Shown here one piece after another: positions 37,955-50,803 of a stretch of DNA of 64,000 nucleotides. Source of the stretch: Cetorhinus maximus (lineage: Eukaryota); the NCBI RefSeq assembly GCF_964194155.1, contig NC_135894.1, positions 5,952,001 through 6,016,000 on the forward strand, in the 5' to 3' direction. Each line of letters begins with the position of its first letter. The first letter of the stretch is position 1. Made by a program: the position numbers and the translations under genes. The notes under the pieces were generated by a model. That model did not search any database. It saw only the letters and a list, made by a program, of their open reading frames with translations, and had not been told where the DNA came from.

Positions 37955-40140
37955 AAAAAACTGAAAATGCCTGAAAACAACTCTGCTGGTCTGATAGCAT
38001 CTGTGGAGAGGGAAACAGAAAAAAAACAAAACTGTGTGTCCAATAATTATCATTTCTTAGGAACTGGAGAGAAGTGGAATTCCGATGAGCTTAAAGCTGT
38101 TGCAAAATAAAAAAGAAAGGTGTAGTGCAAAAAATTAAGAGGTCAGGGATATGCCGGAGGGATGGAGAGACTACATCAGAAAGATGCAATTGAACACAGG
38201 ACAAAGGGAATGACAATCACGTTGCTAAAGTTTGATACTTTTGTCTGGGCCAGATGTCGATAGTACAATAAATGTCAGCACTGTCTGAAACAAAATAAAT
38301 GGTTCGCAAAAAATGGCAGAAAAAACACGCCCGCTCTGTCGCGAGACATCCAAGTCTGCTTTCGGTCTCCGCAATGAAAATGAGACTGCATCGTGAGCAT
38401 CGAATACAGTGGAATACATTGACTGAAGTACTAGTAAACCGCTGCTTGACCTGGAGGGATTGCTTGAGGCTTTGAAGGACAAGGGGGATGAGGTAAAGGT
38501 GCAGATGTTACAGCTCATTCGATTGCAAGTGAGAGTGCCCTGTAAAGGCAATAAAGTGTTGGGGTAGATAGCGGATTGCACCAAGGTTTCACAGAGGGGA
38601 CTGTTTCATTGTAATTTTGACAGGCTAGTGAGGGGGCGATCTGTTTGCTGCTGGTATCATGATACAATTCGTGGAAGAGGCGTAGGCTACTGGGGTGGTG
38701 AATGAGTTCGTGGTGTACCACGTCCTAGTTTAGAAAAGATGTATGCAGAAGTGCTGGATATGTGTTGGATACTGTTCAGGGGCCAAAGAGCAGGGTTTCC
38801 TGGGCTGGGGAAGAAGGCAGGATTCTCCGGATGTTAATTATGAAAGGTAACATAATCAGATCTGTGGAGGGCAAGAAATTTTGGATTATTAGAGACTCCT
38901 TACCGAAATAATGATGTGAAGATTTATAACCCAGAAGTCTGTGGAAATCAGTGGGTTTGCAAAGAATGTTTGTGGACTGCCTAATGTCAGCAATTGAGAC
39001 AGGAAAGTCACGCATTGGAGGTATCGGAGAAGGATCATGTGATGGTGAAAAAAAGTTTATAATTGGAAGAAAACTTGCTGAATTATATCTGTCTCCAGAC
39101 ATTCAGGCAAAAGCATGATTTTGCACCAAAACAGACTTCAATGTTGCAGAAAAAAAAAATGAACCCTGTGAGTGGGCCTAAGTCGGACTAGATTCAGGAA
39201 TGTCGAACATGACCACACACAAAAAAGGCAGATGTAACTGGGGTCCATGCTGGCAGCCATACCCACACCGATGTGATTGCAAATGTCACATGAGAAAAAA
39301 GTTTTTTCACGCAGTGAGTAGTTGGGGTTTGGAATGCCATGCCGGGAATCGTGGCGGAGGCAGGTTCAATAGAGGCATTCAAAATGCCAATCGATGATTA
39401 TTTAAATTGAAACAAATGTGCAGGGCTTCAGGGAAAAGGCAGGAGATTGACACAGATTTAAAATGTCCAGGGAGCTGATGTCGACACGATGTGCCTAATG
39501 CCACCCTTCTAAATCTTTACCGTTCTTTGATTCTGTGATTCTTATTTTGCGGAAGTAAAATAAAAACAAGTTAATGTTTGTTTCCTCAATGAGAGAACGA
39601 GTTGTGCTAAGCTGTGGTGTGTGGTGGTGGATGAGGAATGTTCGGGCCTATGTTCATTAAACAAACCGAGAGTCCTCAACACGCCCATGTGGAGTAGGGA
39701 AGCTTAGAGGGATTGGATGTACATAGTGAAGAGTGCCGATCAGGGCAATGTAACTGGAAAATTTTGAGGTGATGTAGGGGATCTTAATAATCACAAAGTT
39801 AGGTAGGATGTTTAAAAACAGTAGGGGGAAAAATAAAGCCTAATATGAAGAAATAATTCCATCGGGGTAGGCTCTGGTGGAGACAATGGGTTTAATAGGA
39901 AAGTCCTTTTTGGGAGTATATATATAAAGTTGGTACAAGTGGGCTGCAGAGTTGGGGCACCATGAGGCTGGAGGCTTTAGAGGGAAGGTCTACTTTGGAG
40001 TTGACATCAGTCGCAGGCTTGCAATCTATAGCTTGATGTTTGTTGATGGGGTTTTGTTCCAGATGTGGTGCAGAAGAAGTGTCTGAGTTTAGGTCCACAG
40101 ACTCTGCAAGGTAGAGGACGGTGTGCCAGACAACATGCGC
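37955..40140 (-). mobile_element. Penelope-like element (RT + GIY-YIG endonuclease), decayed
   Basis: LNSDTSS..L...P..KHQAI (RT N-region), DFPVSI.D.RQSTNILCKPTDFH.LLGY.SSH (thumb) and GTLTCNR.SCNICTFTSS (Cys linker before GIY-YIG); terminal tail at 37960-38020. Confidence 0.85.
39280..39545 (+). mobile_element. CR1 3' end nested inside the Penelope element
   Basis: MRKKFF..gcagtgagtagttggggtttggaatgc, ending in ttctttgattctgtgattct tail repeats. Confidence 0.8.
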
Positions 40141-41384
40141 ACCAAATTGAGTTTGTCAACTTTGCTTTTTCGTACATTGTATCAATGTCAATGACTGAAC
40201 ACACAGTCACACAGAACTAGATGTTGATGAAGACTGTGATTCTGAGCCAAGCTCATTGAAAAGACAAAGCTAATTTATCTGCCGTTATGATTCTACAGTG
40301 ACACTCGGCCATTAACTGGCATAATGACTTATTAACTGACATTGTGAATATAAAGTAACCAGAACGATGGAAAATTAATAATCACCCCAAAGTGACCCAT
40401 TGTCTTCAATCCTGAGCAAAAAATAACATATTTACTCACTTTTAGCAAAACAAACAAAAACCAAGAGATTATCCGTGTCGCAAAGGATTTGAGGAGTTAG
40501 AAATCGTCGCCTTGCAGATACACTGCCCCAATGATTAGCTAGAAATCATGTGAACTTAAGCCGTTCGATTACCTCCAAACTAGCGATGAGATATTATATA
40601 CCCAACTGTCATTTATCTAACTCGCTACCCATAAACTCCCTCACTCCTCCAAAAGGACAAGCTCCCCACAAATCAACCCTCGTCCAACCTATAAAATAAC
40701 ATTAACATCGACCAGTCCAAAAACAACCCTCTCGGCCTAACAACGCAAATAGTCAACAAAGCCTCTGTCTGATGTGTTGAAATAGAAAATGAAACTCCAC
40801 TGATAAAAACAAGCTGTACTGACGCAACCCCCATGTTGGGGCCCTGCAATATTCGCCAGTAATCTGACGGAACACCCGTGAACTATACTACGCCTGTTAA
40901 CTTACTGAGCGCCATAAACCTATGGGCAATGGCAGACCGACACAAAAACAACAATATATACCCGTACCACTGTCTATGTAGTTAATCGTGTATTCATTTA
41001 ATATAAAAAAAAATTGAAAAGCAATGCACTATCAATTAACTGAACTATTCCAATAAAGCGAATACTCTGTAATTAGAAACGTATGTAACATTACATGACA
41101 CATTGAGCTTATTGAAAATGTAGGAACAGTAACATTGTGAAGTAGCATTGAGTATTGAAGTAGCGCTCATAAAGAAAAGTCAATAATGAAGTAATTCAAC
41201 CACTGGTTTAACCTGAATTTAACCATTAACTGTATCAGCTTCCTGATTAAACATTACTCAACTTCAGTAGATTGACTCACATCAATCAGCTGGGTGTATG
41301 AATGCCCGACATCAGGAAATTGAATCATCAACTACCAATTCAAAAAAACAGGCGAAAACTGTGCGAACACAGGCAAGGTCGTTG

Positions 41385-41572
41385 CACGGCCTTCGCCGGA
41401 AGGCCGGGGACGAGGGTGGGCCAAATTCAAACCGGATTGAACATGAGGCAGAGGCATTGCGTGGCCTTCGAATGGAGGCCCGGGATTATTTGGGACTAAT
41501 GTGAAAATCGTTCGCACATTATCTTAATTCATTAACTGGCTTTAAGTAATGCTCGGGATGATTTGGGACTAA
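41385..41572. repeat. Decayed ~74-bp tandem repeat with palindromic cores
   Basis: Hairpins CGGCCTTC-GCCG-GAAGGCCG (41387-41406) and GGCCTTC-GAAT-GGAGGCC (41463-41480); CGGGATNATTTGGGACTAA at 41481 and 41554. Confidence 0.7.
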
Positions 41573-42599
41573 CAAATAAAATTTCCATTGTCGGCAGAGC
41601 GCATGTTCTTTGTACTAAACACCTACTTTGAATCTGTCTGTGCTGGAGAGTAGATTTTTCCTAACTGGTTGAAAGAACAAATTGGCGACCTTGAATTTGA
41701 AACACATTCACATATTGGATATAGGTAAACTCCAGCCATTAATCAAAGCAGCAGAATCAACTGGCCGAAAATCCGCCAGGGGGTCAGAAAGCAGGGAGCG
41801 ATACTGAATGGTCGTTGATTTTACATGAAGCATCAGTCCAATACTGCCCCGAACGTGTATGTGTTAGGGGTACTTTCTCATATTTAGGCATTACAGTCAT
41901 CATCAGAAGTGAAACCTTAAATCCTTCAGCACTGTATATAAGCAGTGATCAAGCAAGACAGCAAATAACAAATTAAATCTTGCATTGGGGTTTGCTATGT
42001 GATACATTTTGAGGTAAATTGACAGTTGGCAAAATATAATTTATATAAACCGAGACATTGCAAATAATACATAAAAATAATTATTCCTTGCTGATTCAAA
42101 ATCAATAAAATGACTCGAAGCACACGACTGTTTAAAAAATAGAACCTGCTACAAGAATTTTACCACACCTGCTACAACAATCACCTCAACTTACAAATAT
42201 TCATTTTACTGATTACCAAGCAACTGATTTAGAAATCCTCACTTAACAAAGTTACCACGACCCATCAATTCATCCCTCGCTAATAAACGAATACAATGTA
42301 GAAATGGTAACCAAGTGCTCTGAAACTGACCTAGCATCTCAGAAATTCTCCAGTGTTTATCACTTTTCATATTAACAAACCATCCATTACAATGTAAAGT
42401 GATACACTGCAGACTGGCCAAAAATCATTCAAAATATTCAGCACCCAAACAAAAAGAGGCATACTCGTTATCCGAGGTAATTTATAGCCCTCATCGAAAT
42501 CCTATCCGTAAAGTGCTGTCCCTGGACTGCTCTGGGGAGTTTGGCTACACCGAATCATTTATTTTATTCAGCAGAAACCCTGGCCGCCAGTAGCTTGAA

Positions 42600-43090
42600 G
42601 GCGGAGTTTTTGAGGAGGGTGACGTTAAGGACGGATTTGGGGGCGCGGTGGGAGCGGTGATAAATGCCGACATGCTGGTTGTAGACTTTCACAGCCTGAG
42701 CATTGGCAATAGTCGATTAAAGCCGCCAAACTAGACGTATTGTTTGTTGCACACGCCAGACTGTCTCGCCAGTTTACCGACATCTTATTCCATGAACAAA
42801 TTTAAATGTCACTGGTTTGGACAATTTGCAGGTGACATTCTGTCATGTTTTTCCCGTGAATTGGTGCTGGTACCCAGATATAATGCCCCGATTCTTTGGC
42901 CTGGATATATTCAATGTTCACAAGCCTTATGTCAATATTGTAAGGGAGCAGCGGCGAAGTTGCTGGTGCAGACATCACCACAACGCCAGGTGTTTCCTGT
43001 CAGTTCTGCACAACAACAAAACATACAGCGAGTGCTCTGTGAATCTGCACACTACGAGCTGCTGTGGGATTAAACACAAACATTTTCAGT
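42600..43090 (+). pseudogene. Degraded coding remnant of unknown family, homologous to 28720-29260
   Basis: GDVKDGFGGAVGAVINADMLVVDFHSLSIG...FAGDILSCFSRE...LDIFNVHKPYVNIVRE..HHHNARCFLSV, read across frameshifts. Confidence 0.55.
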
Positions 43091-45201
43091 AGTAATTACT
43101 CATCTTAAAATAAAAATACATTTCATGTCGCAACAAATATCCCTGTTGGCTCTACTTCTCCCCAAGACTAGCGCTGATTAATGGAAAAACATTTATTCAA
43201 ATGATTGGCAATATTTCCCAAAGAAGGTGCAAGTACATTTCGGCAGTTTATAGAGAATAATTTAGGAGCGGCATAGATCCGACTGGGTAAATTGGGAAAA
43301 CCGCCCAAGAAATAATGGTGGTCTCTACACATCTCATACTGGTGATAATGGAAATCAAGCAACTGCCCTTTAAATGAAGCATTTTCTATAAGTTTAACAA
43401 CAATGGGCACCAATAATTTAGAAGTCAATGGAGATGAAGCCGGTTTTCAGATTTCAGGTTATTTCATTCTCAATAGTTAGCTAAATCGCCAAATTTAGCT
43501 GCTTGAATTTCTAATGTTTTCCCTATCATCCTATTTGGAATCTCCGCCAAATTCTCCTCCACAACTTTGACAAATTAAACTCGTTATGGGACTGCAGACA
43601 ACCCACTGAAATATATAAGTAGTAGCCACAGAATAATCAAGTGCAAACACACAGTGTCATCAATATACACAGAATTATTTATCTGCGAAGCTTTTAAACT
43701 GGGTCCTTCGGTCTTGGACCTGAGGAAGAGAGTTTGCAAATAGATTGTGTCTATCGCTATCCTATGGTGAAAAGGCCTCTCGATAAAGTGTCCCAGTGTG
43801 ATAAGCATTTATTTAATTGTTTAACACGTTTAATAAATGTAAGAATTAAGCTGCAATCTGTCTAACATTGAAACCTGTAAACCACACGCTCCCCAGCTCA
43901 AACACAGATTATAATCAGGATGCAAAAAATACATCACACTAATCTTAAAAATTAGAACCTTAAAGCTTTCAAACGTAACCGAATAGCTCTCATGAGGCTC
44001 CTGAGTTGGCCACTCTGATTTTGATTTTAGAATAATAATGATAAATGAGTACATAAACACTTTGTTGTTCCTTACATTCTTTGTTACAGTCTGAAGGAAT
44101 GTTCTTCTCCTTTTTATACCCGACTTCTAGCTGGAAAGAAAAATCATATTTTTTTCTTGCAATGCCTGTTGAATTTCAAGTGAATTTCATATCTCATCCC
44201 AAAGCCATCAGTAACGAATAGAGTTAACGATTCATGTTGAAATGACCTTCCATGTGGTTGGGAACTGGTTGAAATGACAGGTCATCTAGACATGAAACGA
44301 TAACCGTTTCTTTCCGGAGTTGATGCATCACTGGCTGTACATTCTAGCGTTCTGTTTTGTCTGTATTTTACGTCAACAGCCTCACATTTTTTTCCCGTTT
44401 TTTGTACTAAACAGGAAAGCCATCTAATAGGAGCAAAGAAACAGAGAGACAGTTAGAGAGTCTGGTGGTTAGAAAGACAGAGACTGAGTTAGAGAGAGTA
44501 AGCCAGGAATAAGGCAGATACAGAGAAACACAAACATTCACACAGACACACACACAAACACACATAAAGAGATATATCTCAGGGCGAGTAGGGAAAAGTA
44601 TACCAATTAGCTTATGTGTCATTAACTGGATGTTATGAACTTAAATAAATTGACAACATTGTTATTGAACAGAAATTTAATCACACAGCAGCTGACTAAG
44701 ATCTGGAATACACCATAAAACATAATGGTGTAATGATATTCCACAGGATTCTTTAGAAGGCAATTGGACATGTGCTTTAAGAGAACTCATTTGCAAATGT
44801 ACATAGGGATAACAGCAGTTGTGACACAGCCGGTGTAAGAGCCCACTGCTTTGTAAGTTCCTGCTGTAAGTTTCAATGATTGAATGATCTGATACAGTGT
44901 TGTTGACTCATTTCCTTTCCATTCTAACAGGAAAAGGCGGTGGATGGGCCCTGGGTTCGTTTTATCCATTAATGGGCATGTTCATTCTCATTGGTCTGTT
45001 ACCAGACTGCACTCTAGAGCTCTCACATGAAAGCATCTCTATTTTATTTGGAAGGAAGAGTCAACTCTGTTCAAACTGTTTTCAAACACTTAATTGCCGC
45101 CTCAGCCGGGTTTTCGGAAGGTGTTCGAAGGAGAGCCCGGCATCTGTGTACAGCATTCGGTTAAAGCTCAATTCCCAGCGCAGGATCCCAGTGCCGGGAA
45201 G

Positions 45202-45247
45202 ATGCTGCAGTCCTTTCTAACTATAACTGCACTGCAACTTCTGAAAT
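45202..45247 (+). CDS. Putative leader (signal peptide) exon of the SRCR gene; donor reads TTAAGT instead of GTAAGT
   Basis: ATG in good context (AAGATGC); MLQSFLTITALQLLK plus 1 nt (46 nt, phase 1) joins the micro-exon in frame to give ...LLKCRTGSSQADPS. Confidence 0.55.
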
Positions 45248-48200
45248 TTAAGTTTTTAAAAATAATATTATCCAGTTCTACATTGCGGCATCCACTGTTA
45301 TTCAACAATGAATCTTATCAATACAGATATTGATATTTACTGCAGAAAACATTGAGCTATTTTGTAAGGTAAATTTTGGATGTGTATTCAAATATTAACA
45401 CGTTTGCCTATTGTGTAATGGGATATTGCTGCATAATAATACGCAGATCGAAGGACGCTCGCTGCCTGAAAGGCCGGTGAATGCAGGAACCCTCATCACA
45501 TTTAAAACATGTTCGGTTGCGCATTTAAATTATGGTAGCGCACAAAACAAGCTGCCAAAACTGGAAAGTGGGACTAGGCGGTATCCGATTTTTCGACCCG
45601 CGCAGGCCCATTCAACCGAAGGCTCTAATTCTGAGCCTCAAATTGCTATGGCTTTACCCGTGTGCATAGGTCCCTGTTCTCTATCAGCGTTCACCTGAAT
45701 TCCCTTAACCGGCTGGCTAGTTTGGAGTTGAAAACATTGCCAACTGAGACAGTTGTACAAATATAAAACAGATGGATTTGCCGAGAGAGAATAGTCCAGT
45801 CTGGGCTTTATTTATTGAACACGGACTTTTTTACATTTATTTCTGCGCTTCATTAAGATCGTATGAACTGAGGATTGATGAGTCGAGTTTATTTGCCGAA
45901 ATTTTATCCAGTTAATATTTTAGGCATTTCAATTGATTTATAAATATATCATTTTGAATCATATTTGAAAGGTTTTGCACCTGGTTGGTGATTGTTTTAA
46001 ATGTGATATTTAGTTCAGAACGACTTAAATCCGAAAGAGAACAGAAATAACACAGCAGCTGAATTTATTGAGTCTCCTGCTACTCTTCCTTACACACAGC
46101 TTATTAAGATTAACACTCTGATCAGACAATTTCAGCAGAGATGGTACGACGACAAAAGCCGTCACTGTTAGAATATCATGGAGCGCAGTCCTGGTTTATG
46201 TCAATTAACTGAGTATGAAACTGCACCTACTAACGTGTGAGCCTCCACACATAGTACTCTCAGGGGTATTTCTCAGTCGACGATCCGCCTGAATTATGTG
46301 TGATATAAGCGCAAACACTAAAGCATGCATAACAGTTGGTTCTGCCTTCGAGTGTTTTGCAAGTTCGATAAATAGTTTATATTGAAATAAGAAGAAGGAG
46401 CACAATTAATATTATAATGTTTTCTTTTGGCGATTAATTGCATTCTCCAAATATATAGTTACTGCAACTTCTTTAACTCATGGGAAATGGTACTTATCAA
46501 TGTTCTTGTTTAATTTGTTAATACATCCTTCCATGTTATGACCACATTGTATGAAGTTTGAAATTCCAATTGAACTATTTGTTTTCACGGGTTATGTGAT
46601 AAGTACGTTGGCTCAAATTTATTCCGAATTCTCACTGATTTTCAAGGTCCCATGTGGTGTTTAATGAGGTATCGAGACTTGTGCCTTTACTTCCTTCCAC
46701 CGGTCTGATATTATTGTTCAGTTTTATGTCGATACCTTGGTTGAAATTTGTTGCTGCTTCCAGTGCGTGTCTTCATTTAAAATTCTAAATCTCTTATTAG
46801 AAATAGGAAATGCTGCCTTAGTGACAGGGAAACCTCGCTGCATTCTTGTCAGGTGCACGGTAAAACGCACATGGCTCTCCCAATCAGTTTCTAATTATTT
46901 AGAAATAAATGACTGACACTAAACTCCAGGCATTGTAATTTATTTGAAGAACATGTCTTCAAAATCAAAGAACTGCTGGAAGCATGTATTATATATTGCT
47001 CCGGAAAATATTTTCACAAATCCCGGAATGAACAAAATTCTTTGTCGAAATTTGGAATATTTTTCCTTAAATTGGTAATTAATTTGGGATGAAATAGTTA
47101 GTTTAATAGTGTTGAATTCTGAGCTAGTAGACTCTTTGCTCATTTGTTTCATTTTAAATCCGCCAAGTTCAAAAGGCCAAATGTTGACCATTGCTTTTGG
47201 TGGCCGTTATCTGGGCTAACATGTTTTACTTATTTCCAATTGCAACTGAGACTTGAGTGACAAAAGGTCTAAAGTGATCATACTCCCAGCAGTTTGCTTT
47301 TATCTTGACCTCTGCCCCTCTTGTACAGAAACCGCAGACTGAACGTGCAATTCGAACCTGGTTATTTAAATTTATTGGATAAGGAGCGTAAAACGTCGCT
47401 GTTAGAAAGGAGCGGATCAAATTCTGGAATGTAAATTAACTCAATGAGTACAGAATCCTGGTCAGGGCAGCACTCAATGGTGAATGAACCAATGCAGATT
47501 TCCAGTAACTGACTTTCCTCAGTAGAAATGCGGTCAAACCTACTTGTGATACTTTGAAATAAGAAACATGCAAATTGTTTATTCAGCAGTATAGTGTTGG
47601 ACACAATTTTTGAATAGAGTATAATAAAATATTAATCATTGTCAGCATCAACATTGCTTTAATTATCTGTTACGATATGTGTAATTATTAACTGCAATCT
47701 ACAAACAATAAATTAGCTAAAAACGTTCTTATATTTACGTATTTGCTCAGAATTTTGTTTAGCATTTACTTTCATCAATATTATGGCTGATTGATATGAA
47801 GTTGTATTTTCTGTTTCGCTCATTTTCTATGTACAGATTCACAAAATAAACAAGTTTTCTCCGCCTCCTTCCAAGTTCCCGATAACTTTTATGTAGAGTT
47901 AAGGGGATCTCTGGATTTTTTTTTTAATTACTTTGCATCGGGGCGAGGATTATTTTTTTTTGGCTGCTTTGTCAGTAAAAAGAACTAAAATAAATTGTGT
48001 TTTATTGTCAGGGAATAAATTCGAGAATAGTTATCAGATACATTTTTCATTTACCGAAATATATTTACATTGGCTATTTAATTTAATTCTTTAAAAAAGT
48101 AATATTTTTAAAAGTTTCAATTCTAAAATTCTAACTGTGTCGCTAATTTAACGAACATTCCCTGCACAGCGCAGAAAGGAGACAGAAGACAAAATTAATA

Positions 48201-49169
48201 TTATCCAGAATCATTTTCACAAACCAAGCGCAGATCAGGTTTAAATCCCCAAAAGCGGGCCAATGTTGTTAAAATTTAGAATGCGTGTGATTAGATGGAG
48301 CGAGATTTGAAATTGTTTAGTTACATTGTGGAAATGTCATTGAGTGCATATTATGGACTGTATTATTTTCCGTTCATTCGTCATCAAACAGGGAAATTAA
48401 TTTATACAATTCTATTAATAACTGTGACATCTAAGTATTAACTAGCATCTGCTTAACATAAACTTTGAATACCTGACCAAATAGATATCACATTTCGATT
48501 TAATCCAGAATACAACTTCAAAAACGAGGCAGTTAGTTTTAATTTCTCCCCTGCGGCTCTTGCACAGGCAAAGCAGACTCGATTGCAAATGTTTTTAATC
48601 CCAGAGTGCTAGAAGCAGAGCGCATTTACTCTTGGAGAAGCATGAATCACATTCTGGGATGTAAGGTCAATGACTGACTGTACCAACCTGTTAAAGTTTC
48701 AGTTACTGCCAACTGAACCCGTGCACATATTTTTCAAACATATGTTTATCAGTGGTAGAGCTTTGTGACTGTTGTGTGCTTTCATGAGCTGAAAGGTTTC
48801 AAATACTATTTTCAACTTTGGAATGATGGACAATGACTGTTTTTTTTCAAATTTAAATTGTAAATTGCGCTTGATCAATGTTGGTTGTGATAGGATAATT
48901 ATGGTAAAAATGAGTATTAATTGCACGCTGATAGGTGAGGAGAGCATAAGATCTCAAATTTTACCGAGAATTAACCTGTAAACATGCTTGATTATTTGTA
49001 TCTTTTTGGGGGCCTGAAATCTGTTTTAATTAAATCACTTTCCTAAGGCAAACATTTATGTGTATATTATTTATGTGAACCTGAATGTTTGTCAGCCTGT
49101 TCCACATGCTTCATATGTTTTTATAATAGATCATGTTGTAGCTAATGAGATATCAGATCTCAACTCTCA

Positions 49170-49830
49170 AACTTGCATTCCTTTATGTCGCTTTGTATCA
49201 GGCTTTAGGTGGTATTTATATCTTGTGCACCTTGTACATGAGGTACTTAAAGAGGACATGTTTGGGCTGACGCTCAAGGGGGTTGCTATGAACTTGCTGG
49301 TGCGCAGCTTGTTGAGTATTGTTGCGACTTCCATTACCCAGGCAATCACAGACAATTCCAACAAACTCCTGAATAATATTTTCGAGGTAGGTGCACGCTT
49401 TGTGCAGGACTGGCAGAAATCATGTAAGGGGTTGCAGAAATCCAACTGTGGGTGGGAACCAATGTAAGATGTTTTATAACACGTCAAACAGGGAATATAG
49501 AGATACCAGAATATCCTCCTGGTTAAAATAAAAACCCGAGCCAATTTTGGAAAATGTTAACGCACAGTCAATGGTGTGAAACCAACAAATGGAAAGTGAC
49601 CAAGAAACATGCAGGCCACCATGTCTTCGAGCACCGAGCGTGAATGAGGTAAACATACCATCGATAGTATGTTAGAGGGACTTTAGATGGTGAGAAGGTG
49701 ATCTGTGCAATGGGGTATTCTCGGGATCTCCTGGGTAAACGTTGACCAGTTAATAACATGAACTTGCTCCTGAGCCTGTACTGGATGCTTCATTAGGAGT
49801 GGAAAGCAGATGAAATCACAAACCGCTGGA
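49170..49830 (-). pseudogene. Degraded Cys/His-rich coding remnant of unknown family within the putative SRCR intron 1
   Basis: ORFs 49683-50030 and 49167-49544 share one frame broken by only two stops: VHVINWSTFTQEIP..CMFLGHFPFVGFTP..PCLTCY..HPQLDFCNPLHDFCQSCTK. Confidence 0.35.
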
Positions 49831-50040
49831 TTATTTCTTCCGAAAAGCGACGGGAAATCTACCTTCAGATAATGATGGAAACTTGGGTGTTTGTTGAATT
49901 TTTTTAACATAAAGTTCCTGAAAACATTATGTTCAAAAAAGGACAAAATATTTTCGCGGTTGCTTTGCACAAATAACGTTTCTGGCCGTTTCATCGTCCT
50001 CTTAAACCATGAAACTTTAATTCTCAACATTTCATTTCAG

Positions 50041-50073
50041 GCAGAACTGGGAGCAGTCAGGCTGATCCATCAG
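50041..50073 (+). CDS. 33-nt micro-exon of the SRCR gene (RTGSSQADPS)
   Basis: tttcatttcag|GCAGAACTGGGAGCAGTCAGGCTGATCCATCAG|gtaata; phase 1-1, in frame with SRCR exon 1. Confidence 0.75.
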
Positions 50074-50803
50074 GTAATAACTCTTAATTTTCATAGTATC
50101 TGATATTTTCCTGTCCAATCTACGTGAATTAAAACTAACTGTCGGAGAAAATTGCGGTACCGATTTGATCATTGATTAACTCGCTCTCCATGTGCCTGTC
50201 AGGGAGGAATGGGATGTTTCCTGCACTCTGACAATGAACATATTTAAACCCTGTTGAGGGACAATTGCTGCCTAATGCAGAGCGACCATGACTTGGGTCC
50301 CGGAGAGGGGAATGTCAATAACCACTGATACTGCTGCCGATCCCAAATGGGCTGCCAATTCTCGAATTACATCCAGACAGAGATAGAGGTTACATGACGT
50401 TCCAGTTCCGGTGGGCGGGGGAGGGAAGGGCTGGCTGGGAGAAGGAGATTGCATTTGTGCTCTGGTGCTCTGAATGGACCTCAGTCTCCGCCAATCAGTG
50501 AGTTCGCTGTTATAGTCACGTCCATCTCCAGATCTCCGGGGACTGGAATATATTCTGAACGTATCGACCAACTGTCCCAGAAGGGGCATCTCTCCCACTT
50601 ATAACCGGCTCGTTTAAAGGGTTGAATACAATTATACCCTTGTGTTTAAGAGGTTTTATTTTTAAATCGGGATTCAATGGGAGATTGGGCATAGGCCAAT
50701 ATTCCAAATTCTTCTGCTCTGACCTGCAGAAAGTGGAGACCTGTTAGCTGGGTCTCGCGGATTTAATGGATTGTAATTCTGCGCTTATTATTGTATTTTA
50801 CAG

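Noticed and set aside
40800-40985. C-terminal YHCLCS* suggesting a TGF-beta cystine knot
   Set aside because: The CC and CxGxC motifs and the cysteine spacing do not fit.
40420-40990. A/C-rich stretch resembling a mitochondrial 16S rRNA NUMT
   Set aside because: Only strand-skew resemblance; conserved 16S blocks such as GATAGCTGGTT and CGCCTGTTTACCAAAAACAT are absent. It reads better as a broken ORF.
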